This document shows positions 31,430 through 39,994 of a stretch of 64,000 nt of DNA, piece after piece. Origin of the DNA: Burkholderiales bacterium (lineage in GTDB: Bacteria > Pseudomonadota > Gammaproteobacteria > Burkholderiales > Burkholderiaceae_C); assembly GCA_016192425.1 (NCBI GenBank), contig JACPUE010000066.1, positions 99,306 through 163,305 of the forward strand. The letters run 5' to 3'. The notes under the pieces were generated by a model. The model was given only the letters and a program-made list of their open reading frames with translations, was not told where the DNA came from and ran no database searches. Every line of letters begins with the position of its first letter. The stretch's first letter is position 1. A program made the position numbers and the translations under genes.

Positions 31430-32572
31430 TCAGCGCATTTTCACCAGGCCATTGAGCACCTGATCCAGGCCGCCAAACACCGAGATCTTGTCGATCCGCT
31501 CGGCCACGCGCTCCAGCGTCTCCAGCTCCTTCATACGCAGGGCGACGGGGTTGTCTTCCATCACCTTGGCGGTGTTGAGCAGCGAGCGCGTGGCGGCGGT
31601 TTCCTCGCGGCGGCGGATCACGTTGGCCTCGGCCTGTTTCTGGGCCTGCACCACCTGGGTCAGGATGGTTTTCATCTCGCCGGGCAGCACGATGTCCTTC
31701 ACGCCCACGCTCTCCAGCTGCATGCCATAGGGCTGCAGCTTGGCGGCCATGTGCGCGGTCACCACCTCGTCGATCACCGTCTTGTTCTCCAGCAACTCAT
31801 CAAGCGTGCGGGTGCCCACGGCGGCGCGCAGCGCAAACTGCAGCTCGCGGTAGAGGTGGTCGGCAGGCTTTTGCAATTGGGCAAAGGCGCGCAGCACATC
31901 GGTGTAGCGGTAGGTGGCGCACAGGTTCAGGCGCAGGCTTACCTTGTCGCGGGTCATGATGTCCTGGCCCGATACCTCTACGGCTTGCAGGCGCAGATCC
32001 ACCAGCTCCACGGCGACGGTGCGGCCGTACTTCCAGAAGGCGTAGGTGCCTGCGGTCAGCAGGCGCTCGACCTTGCCGTCCACCGTCAGCAGCGCGCACT
32101 GGCCTTCGGGCACTTGCACCTGCAGCACGCCGGTCAGGCCCGTCACCGCACGCTGGCGCAGTTGGGTTTGGGTCAGGCGCGCCACCAGGTCGGCGGGCAG
32201 TTCGGCGCCCGCTTGCAGGTCCACCACCTGGACGGTCACCTGGACCAGGCCCTTCCAGTACAGGCGGCGGGTGCCAGGGGGCAGGATTTCCACCAGCACA
32301 CCGTTCTCGCTGCGCAGGCCCACTTCGGTTTCCGACAGATTCACCTGCACAAACTCGGCAGCCACTACGGCGGGCTCCTGCGCCATCAGGTACTCGGCCA
32401 GGCCGTGGGTGAAGGCGGGTTGTTCCAGGGCGAAAGTCTCCGCACGCAACTGATCCATGCCTGCAAACAGCCAGTAGGTGCCGCTGTGCAGCACGCGGTC
32501 AAAGCTGCCATTGCGCAGCAGCAGGGCGCGTTCGTTCTTTTTCACCGTGGTGCGTTGGAACAACTTCAGCAT
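31430..32572 (-). CDS. SPFH/Band-7 (stomatin-like) domain protein with a long N-terminal extension
   Basis: C-terminal SPFH signature …GVKDIVLPGEMKTILTQVVQAQKQAEANVIRRREETAATRSL…. Confidence 0.7.
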   Translation of the reverse strand: MLKLFQRTTVKKNERALLLRNGSFDRVLHSGTYWLFAGMDQLRAETFALEQPAFTHGLAEYLMAQEPAVVAAEFVQVNLSETEVGLRSENGVLVEILPPGTRRLYWKGLVQVTVQVVDLQAGAELPADLVARLTQTQLRQRAVTGLTGVLQVQVPEGQCALLTVDGKVERLLTAGTYAFWKYGRTVAVELVDLRLQAVEVSGQDIMTRDKVSLRLNLCATYRYTDVLRAFAQLQKPADHLYRELQFALRAAVGTRTLDELLENKTVIDEVVTAHMAAKLQPYGMQLESVGVKDIVLPGEMKTILTQVVQAQKQAEANVIRRREETAATRSLLNTAKVMEDNPVALRMKELETLERVAERIDKISVFGGLDQVLNGLVKMR

Positions 32573-32786
32573 TTTGTTTTCCTCTTTCTTCTTCGTTGTC
32601 GTATCGGGTTGCCGTTACAGCGATGGCGAGGTGCCAGGGGGCGCAGCCAGGGCCCTGCAGTGCGCCGTGGTTGCTGCCCCAATCCCCAGCGGGAAGGGCG
32701 GCAGCGTGGCTGGCTGCGGGTGCAGGCTGTGCCGGGTGCTGGCACAAACCGCCACCGGCTGACGGGGCGGGGCCTTGCGGCGGCGT

Positions 32787-32822
32787 CCAAAAAAACGCAA
32801 CCCTGGGGCCGCTCCCCGCGTT
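32787..32822 (-). terminator. rho-independent terminator / attenuator between the ncRNA and the rtc operon
   Basis: On the minus strand: AACGC-GGGGAGCGGCCCC-…GCGTT followed by TTTTTTT. Confidence 0.55.
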
Positions 32823-33125
32823 CGGCGGGTGGTCTTTCGACCGGTACTTCCAATCAAGGTCTTGCGACCGTGGGCAGGAATCGAACCTGCGACAGACCCC
32901 TTGCGGGGGTTGCTCTACCAGACTGAGCTACCAGTGGTGACACGCCTGGAGTCGCACCGGGCACGTCCTTTCGGAGTGGCTACTGCAGCCGTGCCGTTAT
33001 CCAGCGCTTGCGGTGTGCGGCATGCAGGGCATCGACAGGGACCGAAGGCCCCGGACTTCCGGCACCGGCGGGGCGGACTTCTGTCCCAACCCCGGCCTGT
33101 GAGCGGTCACCGCTTGCGCTGGATG
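32823..33125 (-). ncRNA. Y-RNA (YrlA)-like non-coding RNA containing a tRNA-like module, transcribed from a sigma-54 promoter
   Basis: No credible ORF. GC-rich and highly structured. Contains a canonical D-arm and T-arm (see the 32868–32945 feature). Confidence 0.4.
32868..32945 (-). other. tRNA-like module (canonical D-arm and T-arm, non-canonical anticodon region, imperfect acceptor pairing)
   Basis: Minus-strand read: …CCACTGG-TA-GCTC-AGTCTGGTA-GAGC-A-ACCCCCGCAAGGGGT-CTGTC-GCAGG-TTCGATT-CCTGC-CCACGGT…. Confidence 0.5.
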
Positions 33126-33136
33126 CCTTGTCTATT

Positions 33137-33152
33137 GCCAGATGCGTGCCAG
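33137..33152 (-). promoter_or_regulatory. sigma-54 (-24/-12) promoter
   Basis: Minus-strand sequence TGGCACGCATCTGGCA versus consensus TGGCACG-N4-TTGCA; only one mismatch in the -12 element. Confidence 0.6.
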
Positions 33153-33281
33153 GTGGGTAGCCAGGGTGCCGCGAACTCATAACTTGTTGATTTGTATTGA
33201 TAAAAATCTGAATGCGCGGATGTTTTAGTTCATGGGTTATGAAAATACTAGAATTAAAGCTAAATAAATAGATTGATTTCC

Positions 33282-34910
33282 ATGCGCAAAAACAAGGTGG
33301 TGATCGGCTTTCTGGGCACGCAGCTCGACTCCGGCCGGGGCGCGGGGCGGTGGGAGAAGTGGCGCCCCACCGTGTCGCTGGTGCAGCACGAAGACGTGGT
33401 GATCGATCGGCTGGAGCTGCTCTACACCCTTGCGCACCAAGACCTGGCCCAGCTCGTGCAGGCCGACATGGCCATTGCCTCGCCCGAGACCACGGTGAAC
33501 CTGGTGCCCATGCCCATTGCCGACCCGTGGGACTTTGGCGAGGTGTATGCGCAGCTCTTTGATTGGACGCAGGCCTACCGCTTCGACACCGAGCGCGAGG
33601 AGTACTGGACGCACATCACCACCGGTACGCACGTGGCGCAGATCTGCCTGTTCTTGCTGGTGGAGTCGCGCCGCATTCCGGGCGTGCTGGCGCAGACTTC
33701 GCCCCCGAAGCGCCAGCAGGCGGGCGACCCCGGCAGCATTGCGCTGATCGACCTGGACCTCTCGCGCTACGACGTGATTGCCCAGCGCTTTGGTGCAGAG
33801 CAGCGCGATGCGGTGCAGTTCTTGAAAAGCGGCATCGCCACGCGCAATGCGCGCTTCAACGCCCTGATCGACGAGGTGGAGCGCGTGGCCGTGCGCTCGC
33901 GCGCACCCATCCTGTTCACCGGGCCAACGGGTGCGGGCAAGTCGCACCTGGCGCGGCGCATGTTTGAACTGAAGAAAGCCCGCCACCAGGTGGCAGGCGA
34001 ATTCGTCGAAGTGAACTGCGCCACGCTGCGCGGCGACGGCGCGGCATCCACCCTGTTCGGCCACAAGAAGGGCGCCTTTACGGGTGCGGCGGCCGACCGG
34101 CCCGGCCTGCTGCGTGCGGCGCACCAGGGCGTGCTGTTCCTCGACGAAATAGGCGAGCTGGGCCTGGACGAGCAGGCCATGCTGCTCAAGGCCGTGGAAG
34201 AAAAGCGCTTTTACCCCATGGGCAGTGACCGTGAGGTGGAGAGCGACTTCCAGCTGGTAGCAGGCACCAACCGCGACCTGCGCACCGAAGTCGCGGCCGG
34301 GCGCTTTCGCGAAGACCTGTTTGCGCGCATCAACCTATGGAGCTATGTGCTGCCCGGCCTGGCGCAGCGGCCCGAAGACATTGAGCCGAATGTGGACTAT
34401 CTGCTCACGCGCGTCGCCGCCGAGCTGGGCGGCGCGGTGCGATTCACCAAAGAAGCCAAGGCCGCGTACCTGCGCTTTGCCACGGGCCCCGAGGCCCTGT
34501 GGAGCGGCAACTTTCGCGACCTGGCCGCCAGTGTGACCCGGCTGGCCACGCTGGCAGAAGCAGGCCGCATTGGCGAATCGCTGGTGCAGGCCGAAGTGGC
34601 ACGGCTGCGCTGGCTATGGCAGCCGCAGGGCGCGGGGGCAGCCGCTGCACCCGATGGCGAAGCGGCGCTGCAGGCCTTGGTGGGTGCCGCTGCGTGGGAT
34701 GCCATGGACCTGTTTGACCGCCTGCAACTGCAGGCCGTGGCCGGGGTGTGCCAGCGTGCGCGCAGCCTGTCGGATGCCGGGCGGGTGCTGTTCCAGGCCT
34801 CGCGCACGCAGCGCTCCGTGGTCAACGATGCAGACCGGCTGCGCAAGTACCTGGCGCGGTTTGGGCTGACGTGGGAGCAGGTGGCGCAGTCGATGGCCAC
34901 GGCCGAGTGA
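33282..34910 (+). CDS. rtcR: sigma-54-dependent transcriptional regulator RtcR (CARF–AAA+–HTH)
   Basis: Collinear with E. coli RtcR from MRKNKVVIGFLGT… through …NDADRLRKYLARFGLTWEQV. Carries a GAFTGA motif. Confidence 0.9.
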   Translation: MRKNKVVIGFLGTQLDSGRGAGRWEKWRPTVSLVQHEDVVIDRLELLYTLAHQDLAQLVQADMAIASPETTVNLVPMPIADPWDFGEVYAQLFDWTQAYRFDTEREEYWTHITTGTHVAQICLFLLVESRRIPGVLAQTSPPKRQQAGDPGSIALIDLDLSRYDVIAQRFGAEQRDAVQFLKSGIATRNARFNALIDEVERVAVRSRAPILFTGPTGAGKSHLARRMFELKKARHQVAGEFVEVNCATLRGDGAASTLFGHKKGAFTGAAADRPGLLRAAHQGVLFLDEIGELGLDEQAMLLKAVEEKRFYPMGSDREVESDFQLVAGTNRDLRTEVAAGRFREDLFARINLWSYVLPGLAQRPEDIEPNVDYLLTRVAAELGGAVRFTKEAKAAYLRFATGPEALWSGNFRDLAASVTRLATLAEAGRIGESLVQAEVARLRWLWQPQGAGAAAAPDGEAALQALVGAAAWDAMDLFDRLQLQAVAGVCQRARSLSDAGRVLFQASRTQRSVVNDADRLRKYLARFGLTWEQVAQSMATAE

Positions 34911-35290
34911 GGGAGAGTTGACGAGCGGGGCGGATTTTCGTTAGTATCGCGCCCCTTTTCCATTCTTCCCGACGCCTTTTGAACCGGTGCTCGCGGCGCA
35001 GTCCCCCCCTTTGTTGAATGCGGGTGCGGGCAGCGCAGGGAGGTGTTTGATGCTGAACTTCTTCGCAATCACTGTTTGAAGCCGCGCGCCGGCCACCACT
35101 ACGCCAAGTGTCTTTGCACCGCCCCCACGTGCCATGACGGGAGGGGCTGCTTGCCAGGAGTCTTGACGCAAGTGGCCTGCCATCGCCACCGCAGGCCCCC
35201 TTTGGGAGTGCGCCAGTGGCCGACCAAGAGACGTAGCCGGGCTTCGTGCCGAGCAATGCCCGCGATCCATTCGCGCTGAAGGCCCTGGGG

Positions 35291-35306
35291 TGGCCTGGCT
35301 GATGCA
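35291..35306 (+). promoter_or_regulatory. candidate sigma-54 promoter upstream of the RNA ligase gene
   Basis: TGGCCTGGCTGATGCA has GG and GC at the correct -24/-12 spacing. It lies ~60 bp upstream of the 35369 start. Confidence 0.35.
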
Positions 35307-35368
35307 CGCATGCGTGCGTTAGTGGCATGGCTTGTGATCGAGTCATCCCTGCAAGAAAGGAGTGCATC

Positions 35369-36325
35369 ATGACGACGCGCTCAATCGAACACGTGGCGGC
35401 AATGCACTCGTTGCCGCTGCTGCGCTACCCGCGCACGCCCCATCTGGAGGGCTCGCGTCACCAAAGCGGTGATGCGCCCGATGTACAGCCGCTGGCCCCG
35501 TTGGTGGGACAGCATGCAGTCATCGAGGAAAAAATGGATGGTGCCAACTGTGCGCTGTCGTTCACCGAAGGGGGCGAGCTGTGCCTGCAGTCGCGCGGGC
35601 ACTACCTCACGGGTGGCGCGCGAGAGCGGCAGTTTGCGGCGCTGCACCCTTGGGCACGCGTGCACGAAGCGGCTTTGCTGGCCTGCCTGCAAGACCGCTA
35701 CGTGCTGTATGGCGAGTGGATGTTCGCCAAGCACGCCATGTTTTACGACCGGCTGCCGCACTACCTGCTCGAATTTGACGTGTGGGATCGCGTGGAGCAG
35801 TGCTTTCTGTCCACACCACGGCGCCATGCGTTGCTGGCAGGTTTGCCGGTGGTGTCGGTGCCTGTGGTGTATGAGGGGGCAATGCCTGCACGGGCGGAGT
35901 GGCTGTGGTCGTTGGTGGGGGCTTCGCTGGCGCGCACGCCGCATTGGAACCAGACGCTGGACGATACCGTGCAGCGTCTGCAGTTGCCGCTGGATTTGTG
36001 CCGACAGCAAAGCGATCCGTCGTCACTGGCTGAAGGGCTGTATGTGAAGCTGGAGGATACGCACCAGGTGCTGGCACGGTTCAAGCTCGTGCGCTGGGAC
36101 TTTGTGCAACACATTCTGGATTCGGGCTCGCACCACAGCGAACGGCCCGTGGTACCCAATGCGCTGGCAGCGGGGGTGAACCTGTATGCCCCTACGCTGA
36201 ACGTGCAATGGGCGGACATGGGGCTGCACCGCGTGCTGGGGCTGGAGGCGCTGCAAGCGCACCATGCCCAGTGGGCCGCGGTGCAGCGCACACAGAAAGG
36301 AGGTGCCCTATGGCGCCGCAAATGA
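35369..36325 (+). CDS. ATP-dependent RNA ligase (Rnl family)
   Basis: Nucleotidyltransferase motif I (EEKMDGANCAL). N-terminal YPRTPHL. RBS AAAGGAG. Confidence 0.75.
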   Translation: MTTRSIEHVAAMHSLPLLRYPRTPHLEGSRHQSGDAPDVQPLAPLVGQHAVIEEKMDGANCALSFTEGGELCLQSRGHYLTGGARERQFAALHPWARVHEAALLACLQDRYVLYGEWMFAKHAMFYDRLPHYLLEFDVWDRVEQCFLSTPRRHALLAGLPVVSVPVVYEGAMPARAEWLWSLVGASLARTPHWNQTLDDTVQRLQLPLDLCRQQSDPSSLAEGLYVKLEDTHQVLARFKLVRWDFVQHILDSGSHHSERPVVPNALAAGVNLYAPTLNVQWADMGLHRVLGLEALQAHHAQWAAVQRTQKGGALWRRK

Positions 36326-37500
36326 TGGAGGCAGCGCCGTATGCGGTGCTGCGGGGGCTGGTGCCGGCCCCTCACCAGCTACTGGACTGGGCCGCGTGCT
36401 GCGAGGCTATCGGTGCGCTACGCGCACTAGATACGACGCCGCAGGATCCGGTGCACCATGCCGAAGGAAATGTGGGAACGCACACGCGCTGGGTGCTGGA
36501 GTGCCTGCGCGAGGATGCCTACTTTCAGCAGGCCGCGTCCGATCGGCAGTGGGTGATGTTCATGGCGGCTTTGCTGCACGACATTGCCAAGCCTGCCACC
36601 ACGGTGGTGGACGAGGCCACGGGGCGCATTCGCCAGCCGGGGCATTCCAGCCGTGGGGCAGTGGATGCCCGCGTGCTGCTGTGGGTGGCTGGATGCCCGT
36701 GGGCGCTACGTGAGGCGGTATGCCGCTTGATTGCGGTGCACCAGCAGCCGTTCTTTGTGTGGCACTCGCACCAAGGCGTTGCGCCCGAGTATGTGGTGCG
36801 CAAGCTGTCGTGGGGGGTGTGCTGGGCTGAGTTGCTGGCACTGGTACGGGCCGACATGCGCGGGCGTATTTGCCAGGATCAGCAGCGCCATCTGGACGAC
36901 CTGCAACTGCTGGAAGAGCTGGTGCGCGAAGAAGGCGCGTGGGAGCGGCCTCGCCCCTTTGCAGACGCGCATACCGCGCTGCGTTACTTCAGGGGTACCA
37001 ACCTGTACCCCATGGAGCCGCTGTATGCCAGCCCTGGCTCGACCGTGACGGTGATGTGCGGCCTGCCAGCGGCGGGCAAAAACCACTGGGTGGCCAGGCA
37101 CCGACCGCATTGGGCGGTAGTGTCGTTTGACGACGTGCGCGAGGCATTGGGCCTGGCGCATGGCGACAACGAGGGGCAGGTAGCGCACCACGCACAGGAG
37201 CAGGCGCGCGCCTTGCTGCGGGCGCGGCAGCCGTTTGTGTGGAATGCGACACACCTGTCGCAGTCCATGCGCGACAAGACGCTGGATCTGCTGTATGCCT
37301 ACGATGCGCAGGTCGAGATCGTGCACCTGGAGCAGCCGCTGCCCGAACTGCTGCGGCGCAACCACCGGCGCGACACCACGCTGACCAACGCGGCCCTGCT
37401 GCGCATGCTGCACCGCTGGGAGGCCCCGTGGCCGACCGAGGCGCATCGCGTGGTATACGAGGGAGGCAATACAGCGCCAGCGGGAAATCGCGTACGGTAA
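36310..37500 (+). CDS. HD-domain phosphoesterase fused to a P-loop polynucleotide kinase (HD-Pnk-like end-healing enzyme)
   Basis: HD motifs (…HHAEGNVGTHT…LLHDIAKP…). Walker A GLPAAGKN in the C-terminal half. Overlaps the ligase stop codon. Confidence 0.7.
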   Translation: MAPQMMEAAPYAVLRGLVPAPHQLLDWAACCEAIGALRALDTTPQDPVHHAEGNVGTHTRWVLECLREDAYFQQAASDRQWVMFMAALLHDIAKPATTVVDEATGRIRQPGHSSRGAVDARVLLWVAGCPWALREAVCRLIAVHQQPFFVWHSHQGVAPEYVVRKLSWGVCWAELLALVRADMRGRICQDQQRHLDDLQLLEELVREEGAWERPRPFADAHTALRYFRGTNLYPMEPLYASPGSTVTVMCGLPAAGKNHWVARHRPHWAVVSFDDVREALGLAHGDNEGQVAHHAQEQARALLRARQPFVWNATHLSQSMRDKTLDLLYAYDAQVEIVHLEQPLPELLRRNHRRDTTLTNAALLRMLHRWEAPWPTEAHRVVYEGGNTAPAGNRVR

Positions 37501-37512
37501 CCCCAGCCGTTC

Positions 37513-38124
37513 TCAGGGCTTGCGCGCCGTCAGCAAGAACAAGGGGTACTCCCGCCCATTGCGTTGCTGCACGCGCAGGATTTCGGTAAACGCCACGCCT
37601 TGCAGGCCTGCGTGCTCGGCCAGGGCCTGCAGGGCCTGGGGGGCAAAACCGAAGTGGTGTACGCCCTTGGCTTCGTTGTCGCCGTGGAAGCTCCCGTCTT
37701 CTTCGTACAGGTCGACCAGGGCCACGCGCCCGCCGGGGTGCAGGGCATCGGCAAAGGCCTGCATCAATGCCGCGGTGTCGGCCACATGGTGCAGGGCCAT
37801 GCAGCTGACGATGGCGTGGTAGCGCACAGGCAGGCCCTCAAAAATGTCGCCCTGGTGCGGTGTGATGTTGGCATGGCCCTTGTCGGCCAGCACCTGCAGC
37901 ATGGCGCCAGACATGTCCAGCGCCGTGACCTGCGCCACCAGCGGCGCAATCTGCGTGGATAGCAGGCCGGTGCCCGCGCCAAAGTCCAGCACCTGGTCGG
38001 TGGGGGCCAGGGGCAAATGCGCCAGCAGGCGCGGCGGTACGGCGGCCAGTTGCTGGGACATGGGGCGCTGGTCCCAGTCGCGGGCTGCGGCGTCGAAATG
38101 GGTGGGGGTGGGTGCTGCGGTCAT
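37513..38124 (-). CDS. class I SAM-dependent methyltransferase
   Basis: Motif I VLDFGAGTG. Confidence 0.7.
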   Translation of the reverse strand: MTAAPTPTHFDAAARDWDQRPMSQQLAAVPPRLLAHLPLAPTDQVLDFGAGTGLLSTQIAPLVAQVTALDMSGAMLQVLADKGHANITPHQGDIFEGLPVRYHAIVSCMALHHVADTAALMQAFADALHPGGRVALVDLYEEDGSFHGDNEAKGVHHFGFAPQALQALAEHAGLQGVAFTEILRVQQRNGREYPLFLLTARKP

Positions 38125-38181
38125 GGCGCAAGTATGTGCCAGGTGGCTTGGCCTGTTGCGCTCTGGGATAATCATGCCCGT

Positions 38182-38644
38182 GAAGCACGCCAGACCGCCG
38201 CTGGTGCAATCTGGGAAACCAGGCACTGGAGGAACGTCCGGACTGCACAGGACAGCGTAGCAGCTAACGGCTGCCCACCGTGAGGTGAGGATCAGAGCAA
38301 CAGAGACGAGTCCGAGCGTGGATGTGCCCATCGGGTGTTCTGCGGTTCGCCAGCGCAAGCTGGCGCGGCTGGCGCAAGCCAGACGGTGACGGGCGAAAGC
38401 CCGGCACGACGCAGCCACCCCGGGTGCGAAGCGCCCGGGGTGAAACGGGCAATCTCTACGCGCAGCAATACCAAGTAGGCCAGCCACGGGAGCAGGGCGA
38501 CCTCTCTCGACCTTGTGGATCCGCAGGGAGAGCTGGCGGGTAGGTAGCACCGAGCCGGGTGGGCGACCCCCGGCCCAGAGTAATGGCGGTCACGCTGCGG
38601 GCAACCGCAGTGCACAGAATCCGGCTTATCGGCGCGCTTCACAC
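38182..38644 (+). ncRNA. rnpB: RNase P RNA (bacterial type A)
   Basis: P4/universal elements are present: GGAGGAACGTCCGGAC…, GGGGTGAAACGGG…, ACAGAATCCGGCTTATCGG. A P1 helix pairs GAAGCACGCC with GGCGCGCTTC. Confidence 0.8.
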
Positions 38645-38664
38645 TTTACAAGCAAAAAATGGCT

Positions 38665-38709
38665 CCAACGCTTATGGAATAAGCGCTGGCAGCTATCATT
38701 TTTGAAATT
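38665..38709. repeat. AT-rich motif, inverted pair (intergenic, just 3' of rnpB)
   Basis: CCAACGCTTAT-GG-AATAAGCGCTGGCAGCTATCATTTTTG. Confidence 0.7.
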
Positions 38710-39898
38710 CTTGCGGGCAATGTGGCGCCTGCCCCTGCTGCAGCGCGCGGGCGCGCTCCACGGTGTCGGGGTGGCTGCTCAGCAGCGACCAGATCGGGTG
38801 CGCGGCCTCGGCGCGGCCCTGTTTTGGGGGCGCGGGCTGGCTGGCGCCGGGTGTCTTGCCCTTGCCTTCCTCTTCTTCGTCCTTGTCGTGCGCAATGGCC
38901 AGCAGCAGCGTGCCCATGGGCGCGGTGGGCAGGGCGGTGTGGCGCATGAGGCCGATGGCGAAGCAGTCGGCCTCGCGCTCGTGGTTGCGGCGGTAGTGCA
39001 GGCCGGTGAGCAGTGCGCTGCCCGTGGACAGCACGCCCGACACATCGCCCAGCGCCAGCCCCAAGCCCATTTGCAGCACGCCTTGCTCCACCACCATGCG
39101 CGTGGTGTGGCGGTGCACCACATGGCCGATTTCGTGCGCCAGCACGCCCACCAGCGCGTCGTCGTCCAGGCCCTGCCGGGCGGCGCTTTGCACCAGGGCG
39201 TCGGTCATCACCACCTGCCCGCCGGGCAGGGCGAAGGCGTTGGCGGGCATGCCGGAGCGGAACTCCAGCCGCAGCCGCGGCGCGTAGCCGGGGTAGCGCT
39301 GCAGCGCAGGCGGAATCTGCAGTGCCAGCGCATCAAAACGTGCACGCAGCTGGGCCTGGCGCTCGGGCGGCAGCTTGCTGGGCTTGAGCAGGCCATCGTC
39401 CATCTGCTGCAGGCCCTGGTCGGCCAGTGCGGTTTCCCAGCCCACAGGCACCCAGTGCGTGAGCTGCGTGGCCATCCACGGTGTGCCGTAGCGGTAGAAC
39501 AGGGTCAGCCCGATGGCGGCGGCCAGCAGCGCCGCCAGCAGCACGCTCCAGCGCGTCTGCATGTGCTGCGCCAGGCCGGGGCGTGCGCCCGCGGCGGCCA
39601 GGGCGGCGTGCCAGGCGGGCACGGCGTCAATCTCCAGGCTGCCGTGGTCGCGCAGGTCCACCACCACGCGCGCCTGGGGGCGGCGCGCGTTCCAGGCCTC
39701 GGGCCAACCCACGTCCTGGTGGGCAAACACCACCGGCGCCACGCCCGGCGCCGACAGCGGATGCAGGCTCAGCGACGGCCCCCGGGCCGTGGGCTGCAGG
39801 CCCACCAGCACCGGTCGAGCCTGGCTGCTGCGCCCATCAAACCAGTGCCCCGGCAGCAGGTCGCCGGGTGCGTTGGTGGATTGGTGAGAGCTGTTCAT
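38696..39898 (-). CDS. M48-family metallopeptidase
   Basis: HEIGHVVHRH motif with a downstream glutamate. Confidence 0.8.
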   Translation of the reverse strand: MNSSHQSTNAPGDLLPGHWFDGRSSQARPVLVGLQPTARGPSLSLHPLSAPGVAPVVFAHQDVGWPEAWNARRPQARVVVDLRDHGSLEIDAVPAWHAALAAAGARPGLAQHMQTRWSVLLAALLAAAIGLTLFYRYGTPWMATQLTHWVPVGWETALADQGLQQMDDGLLKPSKLPPERQAQLRARFDALALQIPPALQRYPGYAPRLRLEFRSGMPANAFALPGGQVVMTDALVQSAARQGLDDDALVGVLAHEIGHVVHRHTTRMVVEQGVLQMGLGLALGDVSGVLSTGSALLTGLHYRRNHEREADCFAIGLMRHTALPTAPMGTLLLAIAHDKDEEEEGKGKTPGASQPAPPKQGRAEAAHPIWSLLSSHPDTVERARALQQGQAPHCPQEFQK

Positions 39899-39994
39899 TT
39901 GCTTGCCTCCTCAGCGATGCGCATCACCCTCATCGCTTGAGGCGGGCGTGCCCCATCCCCAGGCGCCGCAGGCGCCACAGAGGGGTGTTCGTGA

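Noticed and set aside
32868-32945. A bona fide tRNA gene (anticodon GCA, Cys?) on the minus strand.
   Set aside because: The anticodon stem-loop is non-canonical (4-bp stem or 5-nt loop, no U33). The acceptor strands pair at only 4 of 7 positions. No CCA context.
33040-33075. RNase P RNA here, because of the GGAAGTCCGG-like string.
   Set aside because: A complete rnpB with all conserved elements is found at 38182–38644. The similarity here is short and isolated.
32823-33240. tmRNA (ssrA) interpretation of the structured RNA with a T-arm.
   Set aside because: No tag-peptide ORF (no …ANDE..ALAA-like reading frame with a stop). The canonical D-arm is unlike the tmRNA 5' end. No complementary 5' acceptor sequence.
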